From: Terriglobia bacterium | GTDB lineage: Bacteria; Acidobacteriota; Terriglobia; 20CM-2-55-15 | Reading direction: 5' to 3' | Assembly (NCBI GenBank): GCA_965198225.1 | Contig: CBDAOY010000004.1 | Location: 416,001-480,000, forward strand | Length of the DNA: 64,000 bases | Shown here: piece after piece, positions 18,272 through 26,312 of the stretch | Layout of the letters: each line of letters starts with the position of its first letter | Numbering within the stretch: the stretch's first letter is position 1 | Translations under genes and position numbers: made by a program | The notes under the pieces: generated by a model | The model's input: the letters and a program-made list of their open reading frames with translations, nothing else | What the model was told of the DNA's origin: nothing | Databases searched by the model: none

Positions 18272-19492
18272 CTACGTGATCGAGTTGCCTTTGTTCCTGC
18301 AGATGTCGGCTGCTTCCGGGAGTAATACCTTGAAGCTGTAACGCAGCGACTTGTCCGGATAGTAGAGCGATCCCTCGTGCCTGACCAGCGCGCAGACTTC
18401 GTCCGCACGGGCCGGGTCGTTCCAGTACCTAATCGCGTCCTGGGCGACGGCGCTCGGACTCTGAGTCGGATCGTCGGCCATCTGGCACTGCCAGCGCGCG
18501 GCCGCCAGGTCCTGGATCATCATCTTTTCCAGGCCCTCGGGGTTGACGATGTGCCCGCAGCCGACGTTTGTGGTGTCGCTGATCTGGGCCTGAGCGTAGA
18601 AGGCGTACGGGTGTTCGATACCGAGGACCGGAGTCTTCCGGCCGTTGATGATCTCGACGATTCGCGTGTCGAGGCTGCTGCCGAGTGGCTCCTGGCCTTT
18701 CAGGTAGAGATCGCTGAAGGTCTGACGCGCGGGCGTGCCGTAGCAGACGATCGGCACGGTGTATGCGTCGCCGTGGGGGTTGAGCAGCGTTCGGACCTGA
18801 CTCCTCTGGTACTCGTGGAAGTCTTCGATCGGCAGCAGGTGCACCGGGTCCTCCCGATTCTTGAGGTAGATGGTGCCCTGATCGTCCGGGGCGGCGATGG
18901 GCGCGCAGTCCATCACGGTGTTGAGCAACATGCATTCCTGACGGGTCTTCACTCCGTTGGCCATCTGGAGCTCGATCAAGCGGGCGGGAACCGGATCGTT
19001 CAGGTAGTCGCGCATCGGATATAGCAGCCGCGACGGCGGATAGTGGAAGAACTGGAGCGTGCGCTGCCGGAGCAGGGCCATTCCGAGGGGCAAGAAGAAC
19101 CGCCACTCCCCGGTCTCCATGGGATCCCACACGGTGTTCTGCTTCGCCTTCCACCACGTGCCGTCCGAGAGCTCGCCTTCCGGCCAGGTCTTCTCCTTTG
19201 TCTTCAGCTCCTGGGCCACGTGGTGAGCCTCCCAGCCGTCGGTGAGGAACGCGGACAGACGCGAACCGTAGTCGGCAAGCTCTTCGTCGGGGCCCTCGAG
19301 CTCAAGCCAGTAGTTGTCGCTCGTCGCGTCGACGGAGGCCTTCGCCTCGACGAACCCGTCCCGCGTTAGAGTCATATTGAACCAGTACAGGATCGTGTCC
19401 GGCAGGCTCCCCGAGCTCTTCGGATCGTTCTTATACGAGAACAGCTGCGTCAAACGCTCGGCCGTCCCGATCGAGATCCTGTGCGTTGCCAT
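18272..19492 (-). CDS. Conserved-looking hypothetical protein (406 aa)
   Basis: GGAAGGAGGA RBS before ATG 19492; GC3-biased frame; motifs FLPLGMAL, HYPP, DCAPIAAP, PIVCYGTP, PVLGIEHP. Confidence 0.75.
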   Translation of the reverse strand: MATHRISIGTAERLTQLFSYKNDPKSSGSLPDTILYWFNMTLTRDGFVEAKASVDATSDNYWLELEGPDEELADYGSRLSAFLTDGWEAHHVAQELKTKEKTWPEGELSDGTWWKAKQNTVWDPMETGEWRFFLPLGMALLRQRTLQFFHYPPSRLLYPMRDYLNDPVPARLIELQMANGVKTRQECMLLNTVMDCAPIAAPDDQGTIYLKNREDPVHLLPIEDFHEYQRSQVRTLLNPHGDAYTVPIVCYGTPARQTFSDLYLKGQEPLGSSLDTRIVEIINGRKTPVLGIEHPYAFYAQAQISDTTNVGCGHIVNPEGLEKMMIQDLAAARWQCQMADDPTQSPSAVAQDAIRYWNDPARADEVCALVRHEGSLYYPDKSLRYSFKVLLPEAADICRNKGNSIT

Positions 19493-19883
19493 CCAAATCC
19501 TCCTTCCCAAAGGGAAAGCATACATGCGGAGCCTCGCCGCATGCGATCGTCTCCTGTTCCGGGAGATGCTAGCACGAGAGGCCCGACGGTCGCTCCGAAG
19601 AGTGTCGGGGGCTCGCGCTCGCGGTTCGGTCCGCCCCCGGTTCGCGTCCCGATCGGTGCCGTGGTGGCGTTGAGCACACTCTGATACGGAGTCTTCCCGG
19701 CCCGGATACGCCAACTGGCTTCGAAGGGGGACGTATGTGCAGACCGTACGCGAGAGACGACGGGGCCGGCACCGCTATCGCCTGGCGTTCATGTACAAGC
19801 CGGGAAGGGAGGCGGGCCGTGGAAGAACGAGAGAAGGGGATTCGGGCAAACTGAAGCGATCGCTGAAGGCTGACAGCTGATCG

Positions 19884-20834
19884 CTATACAGGCGGCATTT
19901 TTGCCTCGACGATCTCGATCCGGTTCCGCCCGGCCTCTTTGGCCAGGTAAAGCGCCTGATCGGCCCGGTTGATGAAGTCTTCTTTCGTATCGTCGGGTGC
20001 GAACTGGGTGACCCCGAAGCTGGCTGTGACCGGGATGGGAACCGGCATGGTCGAATGCTCCAGCTCCACACGGAGTCTGGATGCGAGGATTCCGCCCTGG
20101 TAGGCTGCAGTGTTCGGCAGGACAAGGAGGAACTCTTCGCCACCGAAACGCGTGACCAGGTCCTCCATCCGGCAGGACACTTTCAGCAGTTGTGCGAACG
20201 AGACGAGGACCTGGTCGCCGGTAAGATGTCCGAATTCATCGTTGACGTTCTTGAAATGGTCCAGATCCGCCATAATCATGGTCAGCGGCTGCTTCCATCG
20301 TCTGGCGAACGACATCGCGCGGGTCAGGTTGTCTTCCAGCGCGCGTCGATTGGCCAGCCCCGTCAGCGGGTCCTCACGCATCAGCTGGTTGATCGTCGCG
20401 TTTGCCTCTGCCAGAGATTCTTCCGCATGCTTGCGAGCGGTGATGTCGGCGACGAAGCCTTCCAGGTAGAAGGGGTCGTCGCCCGGGCGAGAAACTCCAC
20501 GGCCGTCTTCCAGGACCCACTTCTCGGCTCCGGTCCGCGTATAGATCCTGTAGACCAGCTGGAAGGGGCGTTCCTGGTCCAGCGCCGTTCGGATTTCTTC
20601 GTAGACGCGCTTCAGGTCGTCGGGATGAAGCAGCTTGACCCACGCGTGTTCGGCGTTGATCAGTTCGTCAGGCGCGTATCCGGTCAGCGCCTTCGAGCCG
20701 TTGCTGACGAACTCCATGCCCCAGGCGCCGCTCCAGCGGCAGCGATACGCCATGCCGGGAAGGTTGTTCACCAGGCTTTGGATATCGAACCGATTGAGTT
20801 TCTTTGCGGGTTGGAGCGTTTCCAGGGAGTCCAT
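19884..20834 (-). CDS. PAS-GGDEF diguanylate cyclase
   Basis: PAS (LPGMAYRC..HPDD), DPLTGLANRR, DLDHFKNVNDEFGH, RFGGEEF, RxxD I-site (RMED). Confidence 0.92.
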   Translation of the reverse strand: MDSLETLQPAKKLNRFDIQSLVNNLPGMAYRCRWSGAWGMEFVSNGSKALTGYAPDELINAEHAWVKLLHPDDLKRVYEEIRTALDQERPFQLVYRIYTRTGAEKWVLEDGRGVSRPGDDPFYLEGFVADITARKHAEESLAEANATINQLMREDPLTGLANRRALEDNLTRAMSFARRWKQPLTMIMADLDHFKNVNDEFGHLTGDQVLVSFAQLLKVSCRMEDLVTRFGGEEFLLVLPNTAAYQGGILASRLRVELEHSTMPVPIPVTASFGVTQFAPDDTKEDFINRADQALYLAKEAGRNRIEIVEAKMPPV

Positions 20835-20838
20835 CGTG

Positions 20839-22200
20839 TCAGCTCGGATCGGCCAGTGCTACCGATTCGGCATCCTCCTCGAGCGAGGCGATCTGGTTCG
20901 CACCCGCACCCTGGGCGTGCTGCAGTGCCTGGCTGGCCCGGTCGATAAAGGCTGCGGGATCGTCCTCGGCCATGAACTTGGCGATGCCGAAACTGGCAGT
21001 CAGCTGGGAGTCGACTCGCCAGTCCGTTTTTCCGATTTTCCTCTGGAGCCGTTCTGTCAGGACACTGGCCGGCTGCACGTCCGTATTCGCGAGAAGCAGC
21101 CCGAACCGCCCCTCCTCCAGACGGGCGACGAGATCTTCCCTCCGGCAAGAGGTCTTCAAAAGCTCCGCGAAGGAAACAATCACCTGGTCGCTGCCTGAGT
21201 GACCGAACTTTTCATTGAGGTGCTCGAACTCGTCCAGGTCGACGAGGACGAGCGTCAGCGGTTGCTTCCACCGACGCGCGAAGGAGGTGGCCCGGACGAG
21301 CTCGTCTTCCAGCGCCTTCCCGTTTGCCAGCCCCGTAAGCGGATCACTGCGCATCAGCTGCTTGAGGGAATGCTCCGCCTCCGAGAGCTGTTCGGTCATC
21401 GCATTACGCTCGCTCAAGTCGTGGACGAAGGCATTGAAAAAACGGTTTTCTCCGTGGCGGCAGGGCCAGATGGTCAGTTCCGCCGGGAATTCCTGCCCAT
21501 TGCGTCGGAGTCCGGTTATGTTGGCGTTCAGGACGACCTGAGTCGCCTGGGTTTCGAGGAGTTGGCCGAATCCCTTGTTGTGTCCCTCTCGCCTGTTTTC
21601 CGGGATCAGAGTCTCGGCGAGGTCTTTGCCGATGATCTCGTCCCTGGGCCAGCCGAAGGTGGTCGCGGCCTGGAGGTTCCAATCCCGTATCTTGCCGGTC
21701 ATGTCGATCGAAAGGAAAGCGTCTCTGGCCCTTTCGACGACCTGCCTGCTTTGCTCGCGCTGTTCCTTCAGGTCGTTTTGGCGCGCCTTCTGCTCGGTGA
21801 TGTCCGTGATGAAACCCTCGAGGACATGGGGGTAGGCCGACTTGTCCGAAATCACACGGCCATCTTCGATGACCCATTTCTCGACCCCGCCGGGCAATGC
21901 CAGCCGGTAGACGGACTGGAAGGGTTTCCGGTCTGTGGTCGCTGTCCGGACCGCTTTCGACACCTCGGCGAGGTCGTCGGAGAGGATCAGGTGGCCCCAG
22001 GTCACCTTGCGATTGCCGACCAGGTCTTCGGGCGAATGGCCCAGGAGTGCCAACGCACCGCGGCTGACGTAGTCCATCGTCCAGTCGCCATCCCATGTGC
22101 ACCGGTAGGCCATTCCCGGCAGATGGTCCAGGAGGCTGCTGTCGGCAGAATCAGCCAAAATACTGACACCGGAGTCGTCGTCGTGCCTTGGATTCTCCAT
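20839..22200 (-). CDS. PAS-PAS protein with degenerate GGDEF domain
   Basis: Two PAS domains; DPLTGLAN; active site reads RLEEGRF; RRED I-site retained. Confidence 0.88.
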   Translation of the reverse strand: MENPRHDDDSGVSILADSADSSLLDHLPGMAYRCTWDGDWTMDYVSRGALALLGHSPEDLVGNRKVTWGHLILSDDLAEVSKAVRTATTDRKPFQSVYRLALPGGVEKWVIEDGRVISDKSAYPHVLEGFITDITEQKARQNDLKEQREQSRQVVERARDAFLSIDMTGKIRDWNLQAATTFGWPRDEIIGKDLAETLIPENRREGHNKGFGQLLETQATQVVLNANITGLRRNGQEFPAELTIWPCRHGENRFFNAFVHDLSERNAMTEQLSEAEHSLKQLMRSDPLTGLANGKALEDELVRATSFARRWKQPLTLVLVDLDEFEHLNEKFGHSGSDQVIVSFAELLKTSCRREDLVARLEEGRFGLLLANTDVQPASVLTERLQRKIGKTDWRVDSQLTASFGIAKFMAEDDPAAFIDRASQALQHAQGAGANQIASLEEDAESVALADPS

Positions 22201-22345
22201 TTGGCCCTCCGTAAACCGCTGCTCCTGAATAAGCTTACGTTCAGCGTGCCGTCATTTCACACAGCACTGAAGCAATTGCGATACCAGGCATAGAGTGCCG
22301 ATCGTGACCCAGAGCAGAAAGGTCCCACGAGAGAGCCACGGTGAG

Positions 22346-22371
22346 GGGGACAGGGGCCCGGCCCTGTCCCC
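22346..22371. repeat. GGGGACAGGG-type palindromic repeat
   Basis: GGGGACAGGGGCCCGGCCCTGTCCCC; related copies at 41588..41810. Confidence 0.7.
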
Positions 22372-22410
22372 GGAGCGTCCGCTGGTGACCGGTCTCTTCT
22401 CGGGTGAACT

Positions 22411-22562
22411 ATTGCAAATTGGTCAATGGACAAATCCGCATTTCAGGTTGGAGATTGCTCCATTGGTGATCGTTCGGAGGGTCGGTGGAAGAAATTTGAA
22501 ATGAACCAATCTCCAAATGACCAACCTGCAATGTGGATTGTTCAAATACTGCAATTTGCAAT
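22411..22562. repeat. Long imperfect inverted repeat built from heptamer-like units
   Basis: ATTGCAAATTG..ATCCGCATTTCAGGTTGGAGATTG versus CAATCTCCAA..CCAACCTGCAATGTGGATT..CAATTTGCAAT. Confidence 0.6.
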
Positions 22563-22598
22563 CTGGCGGCCCATTCCGTTTCACGAACATGGTGGCTC

Positions 22599-23435
22599 CT
22601 AAGGTTCTGGAAACCAACTCCCCACGGAGGACAGGGATTCGTGGTCCGTCTGGTCCAACTGCATCGGCGTGACGGCGATGTATCCGTCTTCCATCACATC
22701 CCAGTCGGTACCCGATTCGATGTCGGCAGCCGGCGCGAGGCCGGGCCAGAAGAAGCGCTGACCGCCGGGTGTCCGTCCTTCGTTGAAAGTGAAGCGCAGA
22801 GGCAGCGTTTTGCTGAGCGGCACAACGCGGGCTCCCTTGATCTGGTCGGCGCGGAGGGCGGGGTAGTTGACCGAGATGAAGCTGCCGACCTGCAAGCCGT
22901 TTTCCAGGTACTGGCGAACAAGCGTCGCAGTGAATCGTGCTGCGCCTTCGTAGTCCATCGTCGGGCCGTTCTCGACGGACATCGCGATCGCGGGGATCCC
23001 GTAGAACGTCGCCTCCCGGGCCGCGCCCAGCGTCCCGGAAATGTGGGTGATCGGTCCGAGGTTCTGGCCGGAGTTGCTGCCCGACACCACGATGTCGGGC
23101 GCCTCGTCCAGGAGCTCTTGCAGCGCGAGCCGGACCGAATCGGAGGGCTTCCCGCCGACCGCGTGCCAGTCCGAGCCGTGCTCGTCGGTTCTCGAGTTGA
23201 CGTAGATCGGGTTGTTGCCGAGCGTTACGGCGTGGCCGATTCCGCTCTGATTCACTGCCGGCGCACTGACGGTGACGCGGCCTATTTCCCGGAGCGCTTC
23301 GTACATGGCCCGGATTCCGTCCGTATCGATGCCGTCGTCGTTGGTCAGGAGAATGTGGGGCCGCTCCCGCTCCTGGCCGCGTCCGATGGCCGGAAACAGA
23401 AGCACCAGTGCCAGTACCAGAGAGATCTTCCTCAT
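22599..23435 (-). CDS. surE: 5'/3'-nucleotidase SurE with signal peptide
   Basis: ILLTNDDGI, APAVNQSG, GKPSDSV, VVSGSNSGQN, SGTLGAAREA. Confidence 0.9.
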   Translation of the reverse strand: MRKISLVLALVLLFPAIGRGQERERPHILLTNDDGIDTDGIRAMYEALREIGRVTVSAPAVNQSGIGHAVTLGNNPIYVNSRTDEHGSDWHAVGGKPSDSVRLALQELLDEAPDIVVSGSNSGQNLGPITHISGTLGAAREATFYGIPAIAMSVENGPTMDYEGAARFTATLVRQYLENGLQVGSFISVNYPALRADQIKGARVVPLSKTLPLRFTFNEGRTPGGQRFFWPGLAPAADIESGTDWDVMEDGYIAVTPMQLDQTDHESLSSVGSWFPEP

Positions 23436-23658
23436 CGATTCGCCTCGCTTGAGAACGCGGTTTGATCCGCCGTCCTGGATTGAACGATTCTACCAGTCGG
23501 TAGGAGTCGGCGTAACCAGAGGGCCTCCGGTGCTGCTACAACTTCCGAGAACATACCAGTCCGAGTTCGCTGAGCGGTTCGGAGGCGCTCGTAGACGGTG
23601 TCGAAGTCTGGCGAACGGTTTTCCTGCGCCGATTTGCCCTTTAATCCCCTAATCAGAC

Positions 23659-23687
23659 TTGACAATATACAGACCGATCGGTATAGT
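23659..23687 (+). promoter_or_regulatory. Sigma70-type promoter with palindromic operator in the spacer
   Basis: TTGACA-N17-TATAGT containing ACCGATCGGT, upstream of tetR. Confidence 0.75.
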
Positions 23688-23720
23688 CAGCATGTCGCAT
23701 GGGCGACGGAAGGGGATTGG

Positions 23721-24320
23721 ATGATGAGCGAAACACCCGGCAGCAAGCAACGAATGGTCGCCAAGGCCGCCGAGCTTTTCAGAAAGCAGGGTTACAGCGG
23801 AACCGGCCTGAAACAGATCGTGGAAGAGAGCGGTACGCCCAAAGGCTCGTTGTATTTTCATTTTCCTGGAGGGAAAGAGGAACTTGCGATTGCAGCCGTG
23901 AAATACGCCTGTGCAGTCCGGATGGGAGCAATGCAGGAGGCGTTCGACGAGGCCTCGAGTGCCATCGATGCAGTGGCTTCCCTGGTCCGGTCGTCTCGAG
24001 ACGGCCTGGTCGCTTCGAGGTTCGAGGACGGTTGCCCTATCGCGACGGTCGTGCTCGAAACGGCCGCCACGTCGGATCCGCTGCAGGAAACGTGTTCGAA
24101 ATCATGGCGGACCTGGGAGGCACTGTTCCAGGAGCGGCTGAGGGAGGAGGGACACGACCAGAGGCGCGCGAAACGCCTGGCAACAGTCGCTCTGGCATTG
24201 ATGGAAGGCGGCATGCTTCTCAGCCGGGCTTACCGGAGTACCGAGCCGCTGGATGTGGTTCAGGAGGAGGTTGAGAACATTCTGGAAGTCGAACAACCAC
24301 GTGAAAGGAGAAAACGATGA
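23721..24320 (+). CDS. TetR/AcrR-family regulator (LmrA/YxaF-like)
   Basis: AAELFRKQGYSGTGLKQIVEESGTPKGSLYFHFPGGKEEL; GCPI motif. Confidence 0.92.
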   Translation: MMSETPGSKQRMVAKAAELFRKQGYSGTGLKQIVEESGTPKGSLYFHFPGGKEELAIAAVKYACAVRMGAMQEAFDEASSAIDAVASLVRSSRDGLVASRFEDGCPIATVVLETAATSDPLQETCSKSWRTWEALFQERLREEGHDQRRAKRLATVALALMEGGMLLSRAYRSTEPLDVVQEEVENILEVEQPRERRKR

Positions 24321-24646
24321 GTGATCAACTGAGGGAATTGACCGACAACAACCTGGAGGACCAGCTTCTCCAGAACGACAAACCAGTGCTCGTCGATTTC
24401 TGGGCCCCTTGGTGCGGCCCCTGTAGGGCCATCGCGCCTACGTTGGAGGAACTCGGAGCGAGCTACTCCGAGCGCGCGACGATCGGAAAGCTCAATGTCG
24501 ACGAGAACCCGACGACGGCATCCCGCTTCGCGGTCCAGGCCATTCCTACGCTGATACTGTTCAAGGGTGGCGAGGAGAAGGAGCGCCTGGTGGGTGCACA
24601 ATCCAAAGCGGTGATTTCGGAGCTACTGGATCGCTACGCCGCGTGA
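24317..24646 (+). CDS. trxA: Thioredoxin
   Basis: VLVDFWAPWCGPC; IPTL; ATGA overlap with tetR. Confidence 0.95.
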   Translation: MSDQLRELTDNNLEDQLLQNDKPVLVDFWAPWCGPCRAIAPTLEELGASYSERATIGKLNVDENPTTASRFAVQAIPTLILFKGGEEKERLVGAQSKAVISELLDRYAA

Positions 24647-24718
24647 ATCAGTCCGGTCGCTATAACGACCGGTCTAACTAGGTTAGGTGCGCTATATGAG
24701 TGCACAAATATCCGCCTA

Positions 24719-26257
24719 GGAGTCTGCGCGGCAGAAGGACCGGAATTGGGCGGATAAAGATCGAAGATATGTCATGGCACGAACCTATCGGACTTATAGC
24801 CCAGAACAAACACTGCTGATGCCACCGTCGTTGAGAGATTGGTTGGCCGAAGATCACCTGTCGTACTTCATATCGGACGCGGTGGACGCGATGGATTTGA
24901 GCGCGTTCGAACAGCGGTATGGAACCGAGGGTCCGGGCAATCAGGCGTTTGATCCGCGGATGATGGTGAAGGTGCTGATTTATGGGTACGCGACCGGAGT
25001 GTTCTCGTCCAGGAAGATCGCGGCGAAGTTGACCGACGACGTAGCGTTCCGGATGTTGGGAGCGGAGAACTTTCCGGCGCACCGAACGATCTCGGATTTT
25101 CGCAAACTGCATCTTGAGGAGTTCGGAAACCTGTTTGTGCAAGTGGTGATGATGGCGCGGGAAGCGGGACTGGTGAAGATGGGAACCGTGGCGGTGGACG
25201 GGACCAAGATGCGGGCGAATGCAAGCAAACGCAAAGCGATGAGCTACGAACGCATGAAAAAGCAGGAGACCGAATTGGGTGAACAGATTCGGGATCTGTT
25301 GAACCGGGCCGAGGCGACCGATGAGGACGAAGACGAGCGATACGGCAAGGACCGGCGCGGAGACGAACTGCCCGACGGGTTGGCCACGCGCAAGAAGCGC
25401 CTGGCCACGATACAGGCGGCCATGAAGCGGCTCGAAGAACGTCAGATGGCCGCGGACAAGGAAGCGGGACGGAACACCAAAGATCACAAACCCGGATGCG
25501 GAAAGAAGCCATTCAAACGTCCCATGGGGGAACCTAAACCCACGGCCCAGGACAACTTCACCGACCCGGAAAGCCGGATGATGAAGACCTCCACCGAAGG
25601 GTTCCAGCAATGCTACAACGCGCAAGCGGTGGTGGATTCCCAGGCCCGGATCATCGTGGCAACAACGGTGACTGACAATGCATCGGATGTGGGGCAGTTG
25701 GAACCCACGCTGGATGCGTTGAGCGACAATCTGGGGGAGCGTCCCGACCGCGTGCTGGCCGATGCGGGATATCGATCCGAGTCAAATCTGGGGATGTTGG
25801 AACAACGTCAGATTGACGGGTATGTTGCGATGGGTCGCGAGAAGGATCTCGCCCGTGCCCCACTCCCACCCAAAGACACCGCTGTTGGTCGGATGATGAG
25901 AAAGATGAAAACCAAGCGTGGGCGTGACCGCTACCGGGCCCGAAAGCACATTGGTGAGCCGCCCTTCGGGTGGATCAAGTCGGTGCTCGGATTCCGACAG
26001 TTCAGTCTACGCGGTTTGGACAAAGTGACCGGGGAGTGGAATCTGGTCACTCTGGCGGTGAACTTACGACGGATGAACGGGAAGATCGAATGGGCATAAT
26101 CCGGAAAACCGCAACCCGGCAGACCCGATACACGGCCAATTACGGGTGTCCGTACAACTCTGAACTCGTCGTATCGGAAGAATCGGTCGATTCTCCTCCG
26201 AAGACCCTCTCAAATCCCAATCAGTCCGAGTTCTTTGCGCTCTGCCGCGCAGACTCT
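24719..26257 (+). mobile_element. IS1182-family insertion sequence
   Basis: 16-bp perfect terminal inverted repeat GAGTCTGCGCGGCAGA (24720..24735 and 26241..26256); flanks C-TA[..]TA-G reconstruct a CTAG target. Confidence 0.88.
24774..26099 (+). CDS. IS1182-family DDE transposase
   Basis: LLMPPSLRDWL, YGYATGVFSSRKI, VAVDGTK, TDPESRMM, YNAQ, LADAGY, EPPFGWIK..GFRQFSLRGL. Confidence 0.93.
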   Translation: MARTYRTYSPEQTLLMPPSLRDWLAEDHLSYFISDAVDAMDLSAFEQRYGTEGPGNQAFDPRMMVKVLIYGYATGVFSSRKIAAKLTDDVAFRMLGAENFPAHRTISDFRKLHLEEFGNLFVQVVMMAREAGLVKMGTVAVDGTKMRANASKRKAMSYERMKKQETELGEQIRDLLNRAEATDEDEDERYGKDRRGDELPDGLATRKKRLATIQAAMKRLEERQMAADKEAGRNTKDHKPGCGKKPFKRPMGEPKPTAQDNFTDPESRMMKTSTEGFQQCYNAQAVVDSQARIIVATTVTDNASDVGQLEPTLDALSDNLGERPDRVLADAGYRSESNLGMLEQRQIDGYVAMGREKDLARAPLPPKDTAVGRMMRKMKTKRGRDRYRARKHIGEPPFGWIKSVLGFRQFSLRGLDKVTGEWNLVTLAVNLRRMNGKIEWA

Positions 26258-26312
26258 TAGCCCCGAAGTTGTGCGGTCATAGACCGCACCTACAGGCAGT
26301 TCAGTCTCCGTT

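Noticed and set aside
24720-26256. IS1182 transposase as the mobiliser of the 275-bp element
   Set aside because: Both use CTAG sites, but the terminal repeats (GAGTCTGCGCGGCAGA versus TGRCCTGTAACAG) do not match.
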